Notes under the pieces: model-generated
What the model was told of the DNA's origin: nothing
Seen by the model: only the letters and a program-made list of their open reading frames with translations
Database searches by the model: none
Shown: positions 22,884-35,274 of the stretch, piece by piece
Layout of the letters: every line of letters begins with the position of its first letter
Numbering within the stretch: the stretch's first letter is position 1
From: Oopsacas minuta
Taxonomy: Eukaryota > Animalia > Porifera
Length of the DNA stretch: 64,000 bases
Direction: 5' to 3'
Assembly (NCBI GenBank): GCA_024704765.1
Contig: JAKMXF010000122.1
Span: forward strand, 1 to 64,000
Program-made: the position numbers and the translations under genes

Positions 22884-23756
22884 ATGGCCACATCTAATCC
22901 TATTGGACTAGAACCTGTTGAAGATAGTTTAAAGAGAGTGAGAACTGGAATTGATTACAAGAGCAAGATACAACCTCTAGTTAGGATTTGTAAGGGAGGG
23001 AATCGAATTGATGACCTTGAATGGCCACGTTGTGTTACAGTAGATAACAAAACTGGAGATATCTATATAGCGGATTGTTTTAATAACTGTGTTAAAGTTT
23101 TTGACAGTACTGCTAAGTATATGTTCAAATTTGGTGACAGTACAGGTGAAGGAAAGATGTCCTATCCAATAAGCTTAGCTATTTGTAGGAGTAGGATTCT
23201 AATTACTCATAACCACAGTATACTGAAATATACCCTTGATGGTGAATATATTTCTAGATTTGGTAAACAGGGACAAGGAGAGTTAGAATTCAAATATCCT
23301 TTGGGTATAGAAATCAATGAATCTAATGATGATATTTACATTTGTGATTCTAATAACAATCGAGTTCAAATACTCTCACAAGATTTCAAATACAAATCAC
23401 AATTTGGTTCATTCGAATACCCTAGTGATGTTAAACACTCTAAAGAATACATTTATGTGTTAGATGAATCAAATCCTTGTATCCATCTATTCAATCATAA
23501 CCACATACTCCAGAAGAGTGTAATTTCACTAGGACAAGGAAATCAGGTCATTAATCCATACTCATTCTATATTGACAATTCTAACAACATTCTCATTGCT
23601 GATTATTCTGCTAATTCTATTTCTATCTTCAACCCAGAATTCCAATCAATTCACCATATTCCATTCTCCGAGCATCCAACAGCAGTAACAGTAGACAATC
23701 ATGATAGAGTTATAGTAGTGTGTAATCATAATGTGAACTGTCTACAGATATTTTGA
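22884..23756 (+). CDS. NHL-repeat beta-propeller protein copy A' (290 aa, intact)
   Basis: Uninterrupted ORF with six NHL blades, ending NCLQIF. Positional paralog of copy A. Confidence 0.92.
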   Translation: MATSNPIGLEPVEDSLKRVRTGIDYKSKIQPLVRICKGGNRIDDLEWPRCVTVDNKTGDIYIADCFNNCVKVFDSTAKYMFKFGDSTGEGKMSYPISLAICRSRILITHNHSILKYTLDGEYISRFGKQGQGELEFKYPLGIEINESNDDIYICDSNNNRVQILSQDFKYKSQFGSFEYPSDVKHSKEYIYVLDESNPCIHLFNHNHILQKSVISLGQGNQVINPYSFYIDNSNNILIADYSANSISIFNPEFQSIHHIPFSEHPTAVTVDNHDRVIVVCNHNVNCLQIF

Positions 23757-23793
23757 TATACAAATCTATCTATGTTTATGTTTGTGATTTTGA

Positions 23794-24349
23794 GGACGCT
23801 GCATTTGTTCGAAATGAAATGATGAGGCTGTCATTTGTTCTACTGGTAGAAAGCGAAGGATAAAAAGATTGTACGGGATCCACACGGGATATTCACTTGG
23901 TTAATTTGCAAAAAGTTGTATGAAAAGGGAATCGGGGATTTGTATTCAAACTATGTGGTGATGAATCTTTTGTTCTAATTGTTGTTTACTGTTCTGGGCT
24001 AGCAGGTATGTACTTATAGGATGGACAATGGAATCACAGTGATTTAACTGTTGTTACTTCTGGCAAATCTGACTGTAAGTGGCTCTGTGTTATATATTTG
24101 GGGAATTTGTACCAGGGATCATCTAGATTTTGAGCTATTTTTGAAGTATCTCCTTTGTTATATCGAAAATTTAGAAGAAGATGGATCATGTTGTAAAATA
24201 TGGATAAATAATGGTAGAAAATGTAGAATGTTTGCAAAAATGGCGGTAGAAAGCGCGAGATTTAACAATACCAGTCGAACAAATGACAACATCGGAAATG
24301 ATTAATTGAACATTTGACAACCTTAATATCTCGAACAAATGAAAGCGCT
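23794..24349. mobile_element. Duplicate of the 7785-8419 element
   Basis: Same termini (GGACGCTGCATTTGTTCGAAAT / TCGAACAAATGAAAGCGC) at the homologous position. Confidence 0.5.
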
Positions 24350-24924
24350 AAGTGAATTTCCATATTTCATTTTTATCATTTGAATAATTTCTTAGCTTAT
24401 TTATTCATTACTTCTTCCATTACTATTTGTTTATTATTGTAATTCTTCAATTCTACTTTTCGTTTCCTTATTTCATCTTCATGTGATTTGATGGGTCGTT
24501 CCTAAAATTTTACAAATTTATGTATACGACCACTGTTACTTAAACATACAATTGTTCAGTCCACTTGAGCATTCTGGCGTGTGGAGTTTAATTATCACGA
24601 GCCTTCGGCTAGTTGCTCCTTGATAAACCCGGCGCATTGTACCTCGATGTATCCATTATTCTCCAATTGACGTCTCCTTTGAGTATTATACTATAGATAT
24701 ACTAAAATAATATAATTCACTATTATACGTATATAGCATATGTACGTATAATAGTGAAAAGGTCGAGTTATTTCAACAAATGTCAATTGTCTAAGGCTAA
24801 TTATAATGAAACAACTCTGAGAAAAATGCAAAGAATTCGTTTACATATGTAAGTGGAGTGATTTATGAAAATGAAGCTTTTGATAAAACTTTACAGATTC
24901 GTAAGTTAGCTCCATCAAAAGAAA

Positions 24925-25350
24925 AATGAATTCTCCTGATGGAAATTGTATCTTTAGTCACTATCCTACATGATTACGGGTTCAGACCATTACCATAAAG
25001 AAATTATAGAGTTGTTAATAACGAATATGAAAAATACATATCGAACCCAATGTATCAACTATTGCACCTCACATTATGATTTGCTTCCTGAGGAGAATTG
25101 TAATACAATAGATTATGATATATCGGTAGGTATGATGGATTGAGTAGGGTCGTGGGGAACTGACCTAGAACTGTTTCTAACAGCCCAACTCCTCAAAACC
25201 GACATTTTCCTATTAAACATATAGATCGTTGTTGGAACAAATTTTCAGGTTATGGATTCAACGACAGACACAATGTGCATCCATAAACTGACAAGAGGTT
25301 GTACTACGTTTATATTTGAGGCACTTTCAACCAGTTGCAAAAGTAAATAC
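24925..25350 (+). pseudogene. Degenerate OTU-like protease domain (copy 2)
   Basis: Near-identical duplicate of 9151-9580 (CCTGATGGAAATTGT = PDGNC; GGAACTGACCTAGAACTG = GTDLEL; CACTTTCAACCAGTT = HFQPV). Confidence 0.7.
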
Positions 25351-27398
25351 AATGGAGAGCGTGATAACTGATAGTTATGTTGAAGAAATCGATACAGAAC
25401 AATGATATTCAAAGAATGAAAAGAAATAGTTAAGTATGGAGATTGATTAAAGTAGCGAATTACAGCAAAATAATGTTAGATCTTTTAGATATACGTATAC
25501 TAGATTATATATACAAGATTAAGTGCTGGTAAAGTAATACTGGTAATTCTATCTCTATTAAACTACTAGAGTGATTATAGACAAGAAAAATACACTATTA
25601 TCATATATAATATATAATATGACATAAACTTCCTAGGCTAGTATTGGTATAGTCCAAATGGCATCTCTCTAACTTCACTGGTAACATAATTATAACGTGA
25701 TAAAGTGTCCTCGATGTATTTCGCTGCCAACTTAACACTCATGGCGTTCAGTGTAATATTGATAAGAAAATGTTCATGGATTCGAGGTTGTTATAATTAA
25801 GTGTATTTTCCTCTACAAATATCTGTTTATAGCGTTATTCTACCGTTCGCTAAATCTTTAGATGATAGTACCTCAATCTTGTGTGACATTATTCGATCCA
25901 TCCCAGACAACCACATGATTCGATTAGGTGATTTTAGTCTTTGAGATATTGATTGGACCTCCTATATACTAGCATCTCCCTCCCCATCATGTTAGTAGCG
26001 TTTTTGCTAGACACCTCTTAGAGGTAGCGACCATAGCGGTATATTCTTTGATTATCGACTAAACTTCTTCAAAAAGAAGTCCAAGATTAGTTTCCTATAT
26101 AATCAACCAGGGATGATCTTGTGAACAGTATTCTTGAAGTTTGGCTCCTAAATTTAGTCATAATATGTCTGTTGAATTATTATGAAGGATTTCAGGTCGC
26201 CATACGATATCATACTCGCTTGCGTTCCCAGAAAGAGGGTCATTGTATGAGAGCCGTTTCCCTATTTTAACAATTCATTATTTTGACATATTGAGTGAGA
26301 ATTTTCATAGACCTAATTCAATTTCCCATTCCATCTACATTGAAGCTCGGAATAAAGTTGCCAAACTTTCTTCTAGTTTGCGTCGAGATTGTGAGAAGCA
26401 TTTGACTAATAGCTTTAATGCTCTCAAATCCATGAAGCTCTTCTTCCAATATGCCAAAAAGGGATATTAGACATTTATTGGAGTTCAGAAATGAATTTGT
26501 CCTCATGCATCTGTGATAAACCTAACAGTTTCTGTATACTCATGGCCTTGCTGACGACTCCTTTTATTGACATTATATTTTTACAGTTATTTCATCTTCT
26601 TATTGTTCACACGCTGTAGTTCATTATCTGACCCATCCTGACACATTATGTATTTGATTAATCTATATTATTCAATCTCGGTGATCGTTTGTCCGTTGTC
26701 AAGGAAAGGATTTTTGGGTTGCAATTTTGAAACTCCAGCATAACTATGTATTTATCGTGTTTATCATGAAGTACAAAGAATTCAATGAAACTTCACGAAA
26801 TATATCCAATATGCGGATTCCGATTTTCCCACTTTTGGATTAATCATATGTAAATAAATTGTTATTTTTATGAATATAAAGTAAACAAATTTCAAAATTG
26901 AGGTAGATTCATACTTTCAACTACTATACTGAGGTAATCGAGTATACTGAGTCCGAATATGTTATTGTAAACAATATCAATTGTTGTTGTTTTTCTGTTG
27001 AATACCCCGAGGCGGAATGCCTGAGTTAATCGTGGAGCTACGAGCCAAAGGCTCGTTATTATAGAAAATACAATGTAAGTATTTAGTTTAACACAATCAT
27101 GAAACCAAGTTGTTTGTATATCCTTCAAACACGATCGAGACAGCTTCGATAGTCACTGGCAATATTGCATTACTTTGAGATGGTGTGATATCACGAGCAT
27201 TAAAGGCACTGAAGCTTGTATTGATGAATGCAGTTGCTATTAGTACACCTGAACACATATTGATTTATTCCTCGCACTTTATGGTATTCCAAAATTTCGG
27301 TATAATAACCACCTATTGTTTGCAAGTTATTCTGAAGTAATACCTCGTAGGCATACATTGTATATGAAATTATGGATACAACCTCGATCGGTCTCGAC

Positions 27399-27731
27399 CA
27401 GGGGCGTAAACTTGGGGTGTGCGGTGGGTGCCTAGCACCCTGGCGGCTGTGATGCCATGGTGCAAAAGTTGTCTGTCACCCTGGCATTTTCCAACTGAAC
27501 TAACTCCACAATCTCAATTTAGCAGGTAGCGATCGCAAAACGCCATCAAAATCTGAGAAACTAATGATCACTAACTCAGAACTAGAGTGAAACATACTTA
27601 TCAGATATTACAAACTAACACTGCAGCATCATGATCTCACAAAATGAAATATTTATTCAGAGGAATATATAACTAGGGAATGAACAAAGTGTCGTGGCAC
27701 CCTGTGTGTTTTGGTGAAGTTTACGCCGGTG
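27399..27731. mobile_element. hAT-type MITE (333 bp)
   Basis: TIRs CAGGGGCGTAAACTT / AAGTTTACGCCGGTG (12/15). 8-bp TSD GTCTCGAC / ATCTTGAC. Confidence 0.7.
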
Positions 27732-29593
27732 ATCTTGACCCAGAATCCTTAACCCATGACCCACTAACCTATCTGAAAACAGTGACCAATCTAGCCCATG
27801 TGCAACTCTGATCCACATACCAGATTGCTGCGTCCGAATATTCTCCTGCGTGAACCTTTCATTAGTGGATGAAAGTTTCACGAACAAACTGGAACAATTC
27901 CTTTAATATTTGTCTCACATCTGTTTAGGTCGTTTACATTCACATCTTAACCTCAACACCAATAATTTGTTTCGTTCATGGATTTGGAGGGTTCGATCGA
28001 TCATTCGATTAGTTATCTATAACTGCACACATCTTTAATAATCTAGGGCATAATTTTTTCAACTTAATACGTATCAGAATATGTACACAGAATACAGTAG
28101 TATCACATTACTGTATGTATATCAGTAATTATATAACTTTGATGTTATTCTGTTTTATATATTTCTGATACTATTATTCTATTTGCTCTACTAAAGATAT
28201 CTCTAAATATTTAATGTCTTAATTCCAGATAAAGGTGAGTACTTTCATTCATTATGTGTTACATCCTCGGAGAGGCGGCCATGCCATAAATAATCCCCTC
28301 CGATACCCTACAAGTCTGCAATTATATTTTACGAATCTTTGAACCCCAGTTTGGGCATTGCTGTTATCACTATGTAACATCTGGGAAATGTGAATTCAAT
28401 CGAATAATAGCATTTAATGCTCCTTTCCTTTGAGAATGAACAGACATATACACAAACTAACAATATTTTTGTTCATGTTTAAAATGTATAATAATATTTT
28501 CCTTAAGTATATGTCTATTCTAGTAACAATATTTAGTTTTATGCATAATATAAATAAATCCTTATAATTATCTGTGATCTAATGAGAGAGCACGCTCAGT
28601 TAATGCACTTATAAACTTGTCTATAGTGATGCTCCTATTAGTCTACCCCCGTTATATCGAGGCTAAAGTGACCGCGACAATACCTTCTATTGAAGCAATG
28701 AAATATATATCACAATTACTTTGGTGGCTGAGTTTCATAGTTATTCAATAGTAATCATGTAGCAAATGACCATGAGTTACACTACAGCTTGGTCTACTAA
28801 AGATAAAGCCTGATCATTGAGTCAATTTCATTGGATCAGGGATTAAGGGAAGTGGATATGTTTTTGATAGGAAAATCTATAATCGTCGATAATAGGCAAC
28901 TAGTACATTGTCACCCAAATAATGTATTATTGGTTGTAAGAATTCACCAAAGCCACATTTGTGAATATTTTCATATCAAAGTGACGGACGTTATCATGAA
29001 TGTGCCCATGGACGGTCATTTTTGAGATTGCGCAATAATCTTGAGAGATATCATATCAAGATATAATATAAGTGTATGGGATGTTAGGTGTATTCTATAG
29101 AATTGCTATCCTGATATGACAATAAATTCCACGATTATAGAGTTATAAGTGGATATTGGTAAAACATACAACATCCACGGGCTGTATGATAACTCAGAAA
29201 CTTGCTAAACTTATCATATAAAGATTCATAAATTTTGTACAGAGACTGTTTTAGATTATTTGATATTTCAACATTTTGAACATAGATACATAATAATTGT
29301 TCTATATAATCTCAAAGATGGAGCAATTATTTATATATTTGCCAACTACGTTAACAAATGACTTGACTTCGATCTGAAATTTTCAAAAATGTGGCGTTTG
29401 TTGATTCTTACAAATCAACAATACATTGATTATTGTGGAAATGTACTAGTTTCTTGATTTCCCATCAAATATATCCACTTCCTCTTATCCCTGGTCCAAA
29501 GAAGTTATGATGCCTAATCTTGAATAGACCACGACAACAGGTATGTCTACTGATTATTACTATGATTACTAAATCTATAAATATTTTGCAATA

Positions 29594-29868
29594 ATGGCCA
29601 TAGCTAATCCTAATGAACCAGAACCTTGTTGATTATCCAGAGAGTGTGAGAACTGTAATTGATTACACAAGGAGGATACAACCTCTGGTGATTGCTAGTA
29701 AGAGAGGAAATAGAAATGATGGACTTACCTATCCGGTTGTGTTGCAGTTGATGACATAACTGGAGATATCTATATAGCAGATTGTTTTGATAACTATGTT
29801 AAAGAATTTCACAGTACTACTAGATATATATTCAAATTTAGTGACAGTATAGGTGCAGGAAAGATTGT
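29594..29868 (+). pseudogene. 5' fragment of an A-type NHL gene
   Basis: ATGGCCATAGCTAATCCT...GATTACACAAGGAGGATACAACCTCTGG...TGACAGTATAGGTGCAGGAAAGAT aligns to copies A/A' through blade 1, with frameshifts, then breaks off. Confidence 0.85.
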
Positions 29869-30628
29869 ATTATTTCACTTGCGTTTCCAAGGTTCTTATA
29901 TCTAAATTTATTGTTGTTTTTATGAATACGTATAAGGAAACAAATTGTTTAAATTTTATGTATAAATTCAATTTCACGCTGCTCAAACAAGTATATTCCA
30001 ATTTGAATTATCATTATAGAAATCAATTAGAAGAACCACGTGGACATATACTATGGATAATTGGACAGCTTCAAAACCAGTTTCCACATAATTGGTTCTA
30101 CATGTATTGACTTTTAGAACTGAACAACCAACATACTACTTATACGAATTGTGATCTCGGATTATCGGATAATGTTACATTCTAACAGAAGTATGACAAT
30201 ACTCCGGAATCATTCTCCCCGGTTATAGAGTATCCCAGATAAAGAATAATGTCATAAAACAATCATGCATGAGATGTATGATATTAATAGGACCCAAAGT
30301 ACTCTAAATTCAACCAACTTATTTAGCAATCGAAATTTGAATGGATTCACCAAATTCTCATTCAGTTTCAAATTTTCTCCTTTTGATAACAAAAATGAAA
30401 AAGTTTTTGAGACCATAAATACTAGTTATATACAATTATGGCTAATTTATAAAATGAATTTATTTAATGACGTAATTGGTTCACAAAACCTATGGTTAGT
30501 GGCGGAATACGGCATTAATGTTATTGTGCATATGAATTGGTGGACGGACAAAATTGACCCGCAATAATCTGTTTGGTTTATTTTCCGGGTGGCTGTGTAC
30601 TAGATGATTACTATCGGTGAAATGCCTG

Positions 30629-31197
30629 GGGCCTTATTAACTAAAATTCTTAAGTCAAATTCTTAGAATTTTGCTTAACTTTAAGTCAAATTCTTAGAAT
30701 AATTCTAAGAATTCGAACAATTCTAAGAAAAATATTTTGTGAGGTAAAGAGGACACTTAACTTATAATTTATTCTACTTTCCTATGAAATGATAATCAAT
30801 ACGCATTTAATAATAAAGAAGATTGTTTATCGCTTAAGACAATATGTTTGATTATCATATCTACATGTTGTAATATCCGCTATTGTGTGGGGCAATTTAT
30901 CTCATTAATGATAAATGAAGTATACAAGTAGAAGGATATTATTTTCTACTATGAGCATATCTTCTCAAAAAGCGATTGAAGTCGAATGAATTGGCATAAA
31001 TTTTATTAATCAATAGCAAGAATCAATCAAGTAGAATTACCCAATTCTAAGAATTTTTCTTAGAATCCGTTAAGTATAGCCAAGTTAAGAATTCTTAACG
31101 AAAACTAAGAATATTTCATGAATTCTTAGAATTATTCTTAGAAATACACTTAGAATTAAGTTAAGAATAATTCTTAGAATTTTTGTTAATAAGGCCC
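30629..31197. mobile_element. PIF/Harbinger-type MITE (569 bp)
   Basis: TIR GGGCCTTATTAAC / GTTAATAAGGCCC with 3-bp TSD CTG. The empty site GAAATGCCTGATACG is present in the paralogous region at ~10980-10994. Many internal TTCTTAGAA/TTCTAAGAA repeats. Confidence 0.88.
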
Positions 31198-31414
31198 CTG
31201 ATAAGACAAGGATGTCATAAGTCCTACCTATTTAATATGCCTGCTCTATCTGAATTGGGCAACCAACCATTTTTGAGACATTATGCCACCTGTACACAAA
31301 ATCTGAAATCTAACCTTCTATACACCACACATGCATACACATCTCCTGTTACTATTGTATTCTCCAATCTGCGCTAATTTAAGCTATTCTACCTCTTCTA
31401 TCCATTTAGCAACA

Positions 31415-32266
31415 ATGGCCACAGCTATTACTATAGAAACGGAGAGAGGGAAAACTGGAATTGATTACACAAGCAAGATACAACCTCTGGTGTGTTCTAC
31501 TAAGAGAGGAAAAGGAAATGATAAACTTGACTGTCCATGTGGTGTTACAGTTGACAAGATGACTGGAAATATTTATATAGCAGATGGTTCCAATAACTGT
31601 GTTAAAGTATTTGACAGTAGTGCTCAGTATACTTTCAAATTTGGTGACAGTAATGGTGAAGGAAAGATGTCCTATCCAAGAAGTTTAGTTATTTGTAGGA
31701 GTAGGATTCTAATTACTCATAACCACGGTATACTGAATTATAGTCTTGATGGTGAATTTATTTCTATAATTGGTATGCATGGAAACGGAGAGTTAGAATT
31801 CAACTGTCCTTGGGGTATAACAATCAATGAATCAAATCATGATATTTACATTTGTGATTCTTTAAACAATAGAATTCAAATACTCTCACAAAATTTCCTA
31901 TTCGAATCACAATTTGGTTCACTCACATTCCCTATTGATGTTAAACTCTCCAAAGAATACATTTATGTGTTAGATATATCTAATCCTTGTATCCATATAT
32001 TCAATCATAACCACATACTCAAGAAGAGTGTAATTTCACAAGGACGAGGAAATCAAGTAATTTATCCCTACTCATTCGTTATTGACAATTCTAACAACAT
32101 TCTGATTGCTGATTATTCTTCTAATTCTGTTTCTATCTTCAATCCTGAATTCCAATCAATTCACCATATTCCAGTCTCTAAGCATCCTAAAGCAGTAACA
32201 GTAGACAATCATGATAGACTTATAGTAGTGTGTATTCATACAGTGAACTGTTTACAGATATTTTGA
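31415..32266 (+). CDS. NHL-repeat beta-propeller protein copy B' (283 aa, intact)
   Basis: Uninterrupted ORF from homologous ATG 31415 (MATAITI) to NCLQIF-TGA. Confidence 0.92.
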   Translation: MATAITIETERGKTGIDYTSKIQPLVCSTKRGKGNDKLDCPCGVTVDKMTGNIYIADGSNNCVKVFDSSAQYTFKFGDSNGEGKMSYPRSLVICRSRILITHNHGILNYSLDGEFISIIGMHGNGELEFNCPWGITINESNHDIYICDSLNNRIQILSQNFLFESQFGSLTFPIDVKLSKEYIYVLDISNPCIHIFNHNHILKKSVISQGRGNQVIYPYSFVIDNSNNILIADYSSNSVSIFNPEFQSIHHIPVSKHPKAVTVDNHDRLIVVCIHTVNCLQIF

Positions 32267-32358
32267 TATACAACTTTATCTATGTATTTGTATTTGTATA
32301 TTTATGTATTTGTATTTCCTAAGTAATACTATTGTGCATAGAATTACCTACCATGGAT

Positions 32359-35165
32359 CAGGGCCGTAGCCAGAGCGTAGTGTTAGGAGGGGCTAAGTAA
32401 ACTTTAGGGGGGGCTTGGATACTTAAGATTTTTATATTAATTTTTGGGGAGGCCAATGAACTAATGAACTACAATTCTATATTAATCTCATAAATTTATA
32501 TAATATCTAAAATAAACGGAGTCTTCTATCCTTCTTCCTTGAAAATTTCAAGAGGAACTTTTCAACATCCATTTTTTTCGTTATCTAGATTCAAACGCAA
32601 GAAACACTAAATTGGAACATCTGATTTCCGACATATTTCTCTGTGGCCTACTAACTCTAGTGAGAACTGAGAACGAAGACTCACACATAGAAGTGCTACA
32701 ACAAAACATTGCTACAGTAGCAAACAAATTATATGTGTTATTAAACGGCTGTCGATACTTGTACAATTCTTCGAGTATATTCGTTTTATCTTTCATGAAT
32801 TCCTTTACTACTGACAATTCTTCAATTGAGGGAAGCGAAATCCCAAGCTCTGATAAAGGGTACAACTTATCAATGTCAAATTCTTCGATCGAATCAACTG
32901 CTTGTAATAACATGTTATTCTCGAAAAATCTCCTCTCGAATTCACGGCTTGTTATATGAATTGTGTCTATGAATAATGATTCTAACGTATCATGTTCTTT
33001 TGTTGTAGATTCGGTAAGAATATAATCGTTATATAAACAGTTAGGTTTTTTGCGTCTAATTGGACGAGACATATCATCATCATGCAGTAGTATACTTTTG
33101 GCCTCGCTAACTATCCCACTAAATGCATCTGGATTTTGAAGCTTATTAATGTTTTAAATACAGAATTGATAATTTCCATGGCGTTTTTTAAGCCTGCATC
33201 ACGGGATTGTAAGATCTTATCTGCTGGTTCTATTGTAAGTAGGAGCTTTTTCATAAATATCAAACAAAAACGGAACTCTAACTTAATTAGTGTGGCCAAC
33301 AAACCAGCACTCTGTACAACTTGCTCTCCACTAAATTCTGTGGAGCATTGGACTGTTCTAAGCAATTCAATAATAGTTTGATAGTTAGAATAAATAGCCT
33401 CAGTGATTTTCAAATGTCCTGACCATCTTTGTTCTAAAAGACGACCAATACGAGTTCCTGTATAAATTGATATAACTTTGACATGATTCAGAAACAAGTG
33501 TAACATTCTACATTGGTCAAAAAATATCTTGAGTTCTGGAACTTCAGATATTAATTTCATAATTACCAAATGAAGTCGATGGTTGAAACAATGAACATAC
33601 GGAACCTTTCGATGTAATTCCTCTTGAATGAGGGTTTGAACACCCCCTTTTCTACCACTCATTACACTAGCGCCATCATAGCACTGTGAAAGTAATCGTT
33701 TAGAATCCAATCCATTATTTCTCAAGATCTCCATTGTTAAATTAGCCATGGTTTTGGCATCTGAAGAGAGAGTTGTTGCTACATTAACTAAAGATTCAAA
33801 AACTTTACCTTTCCTAACATAGCGAATTCCAATTGATACATGTTCTATATTGTTACGATCTCTAGTGCCATCTTCTAGTAAAGTAAACCACGGGACATCA
33901 GCATCTAAAATTTCAAAAATAATTTCTTCCCTAACTACTTCCGACATAATATCTATCACATCATTTTGAATATCTGGAGAAAGGTAATGAGCATTTTTAG
34001 GAATTTGTGTATAAATTTCAGCGAGTTTCGGGTCCTTTGTAAGTGTATATTCAAACAAGTTCCTGAATAATCCATGTTCCGTATTTTCATCAATATCATA
34101 ATTTCCACGCAGAGCTAATTCATTGACAGCTAAAAATTGAACAATTTCAGCAATGGACCGTATGTAATATCTATTTTTTTCAAAAACATTAGCACAAACT
34201 AATGTAGATATTTATAGTTGGGATGATTCGCGAAGCTCTTTTTCACGCCAATTCGCCATTGCAGTAAGATGAACACGAGAATCAGCTTGTTTACAAAGTC
34301 CTTTGCTTTTTTCTATTGCCGATTTCCAATTTTTAAATCCAATGTTTGTGAAGACATTTTCTTTAGTCCCGTGTGAGAGAAATTGACGGCAGGGATAGCA
34401 AAATACAGCATCAAGGGATAGTGAATATTCCAACCAGGGAAATCTAATAAACCAATCTTGTTGAAAACTACGGCCAATAGAATCCTTCAGATAAATCAAT
34501 CCTTTAATTTGTATAATGTTTCTCCTAGAGTAGATATATCTGGTATTTCTTTGTTGATCGGATTATATATTTCAATACTATTCAAGGGATCAGAAAGAGA
34601 GCTATCAAAGGAAATAAAATTATCCATAGTAATATAATCACTAACTAAATTGAATAGAAAATCAAAATTATTAACAATTTGACAGAACTAAAATTAAAAG
34701 AAGAAAGAACAGGAACAAAATTAAAAGAAGAAAGAACAGGAACAAAATTAATTGCATTATAAGAAAATATCAAAGGAGGATTCTTGATCATTAAACAAAA
34801 TCAAGAGACTACGTGTTTCTATGTATGGTGATTATAGCCATGAGGAATGATTTCACAATTCGCACATCAAATGTAATAAACTGGAAGGAATATATGTTGT
34901 GGTCATATAAAAACAGAAATTTAATTTCAATGGTCGCTGTAAGAGCATCCAATGAATTAAGTATATTAACTAGCAATAGGAATTAGATAACTAGAATGTA
35001 TAGTCAATTTGACATATTCACAAACATTTCCTTGATTTAACTAATATTCAAGATCTAAGATAGTAAAGATCAATATAGCTTAGCAAAATTTACGGGGTGG
35101 TTAAATTTGGTAGGGGGGGCTCAAATTTTTCCAGGGGGGGGCTCAGCCCCCTAGCTACGGCCCTG
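32359..35165 (-). mobile_element. hAT transposon (2807 bp), non-functional
   Basis: TIRs CAGGGCCGTAGCCAG / CTAGCTACGGCCCTG (14/15). Perfect 8-bp TSD CCATGGAT. The empty site CTACCATGGATTAC is at ~17101-17114. Confidence 0.96.
32581..34627 (-). pseudogene. ZMYM1/DUF4371-type hAT transposase with 2 frameshifts and 1 in-frame stop
   Basis: MDNFIS.../ GRSFQQDWFIRFPWLEYS...FCYPCRQF; stop at 34212; LALRG; FTLLEDGTRD; SQCYDGASVMSG; YVHCFNHRLHL; EQRWSGH; frameshift near 33125; CESSFSVL (hATC). Confidence 0.93.
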
Positions 35166-35274
35166 CCATGGATTGCTTAAAGTGCATTTTGTAATTCACC
35201 CATAATTGTAACATGTAAAATTGACATTTTCTGAATTGCTGAAATTTTGTATAATCACTTCTCCTATATAGGTA

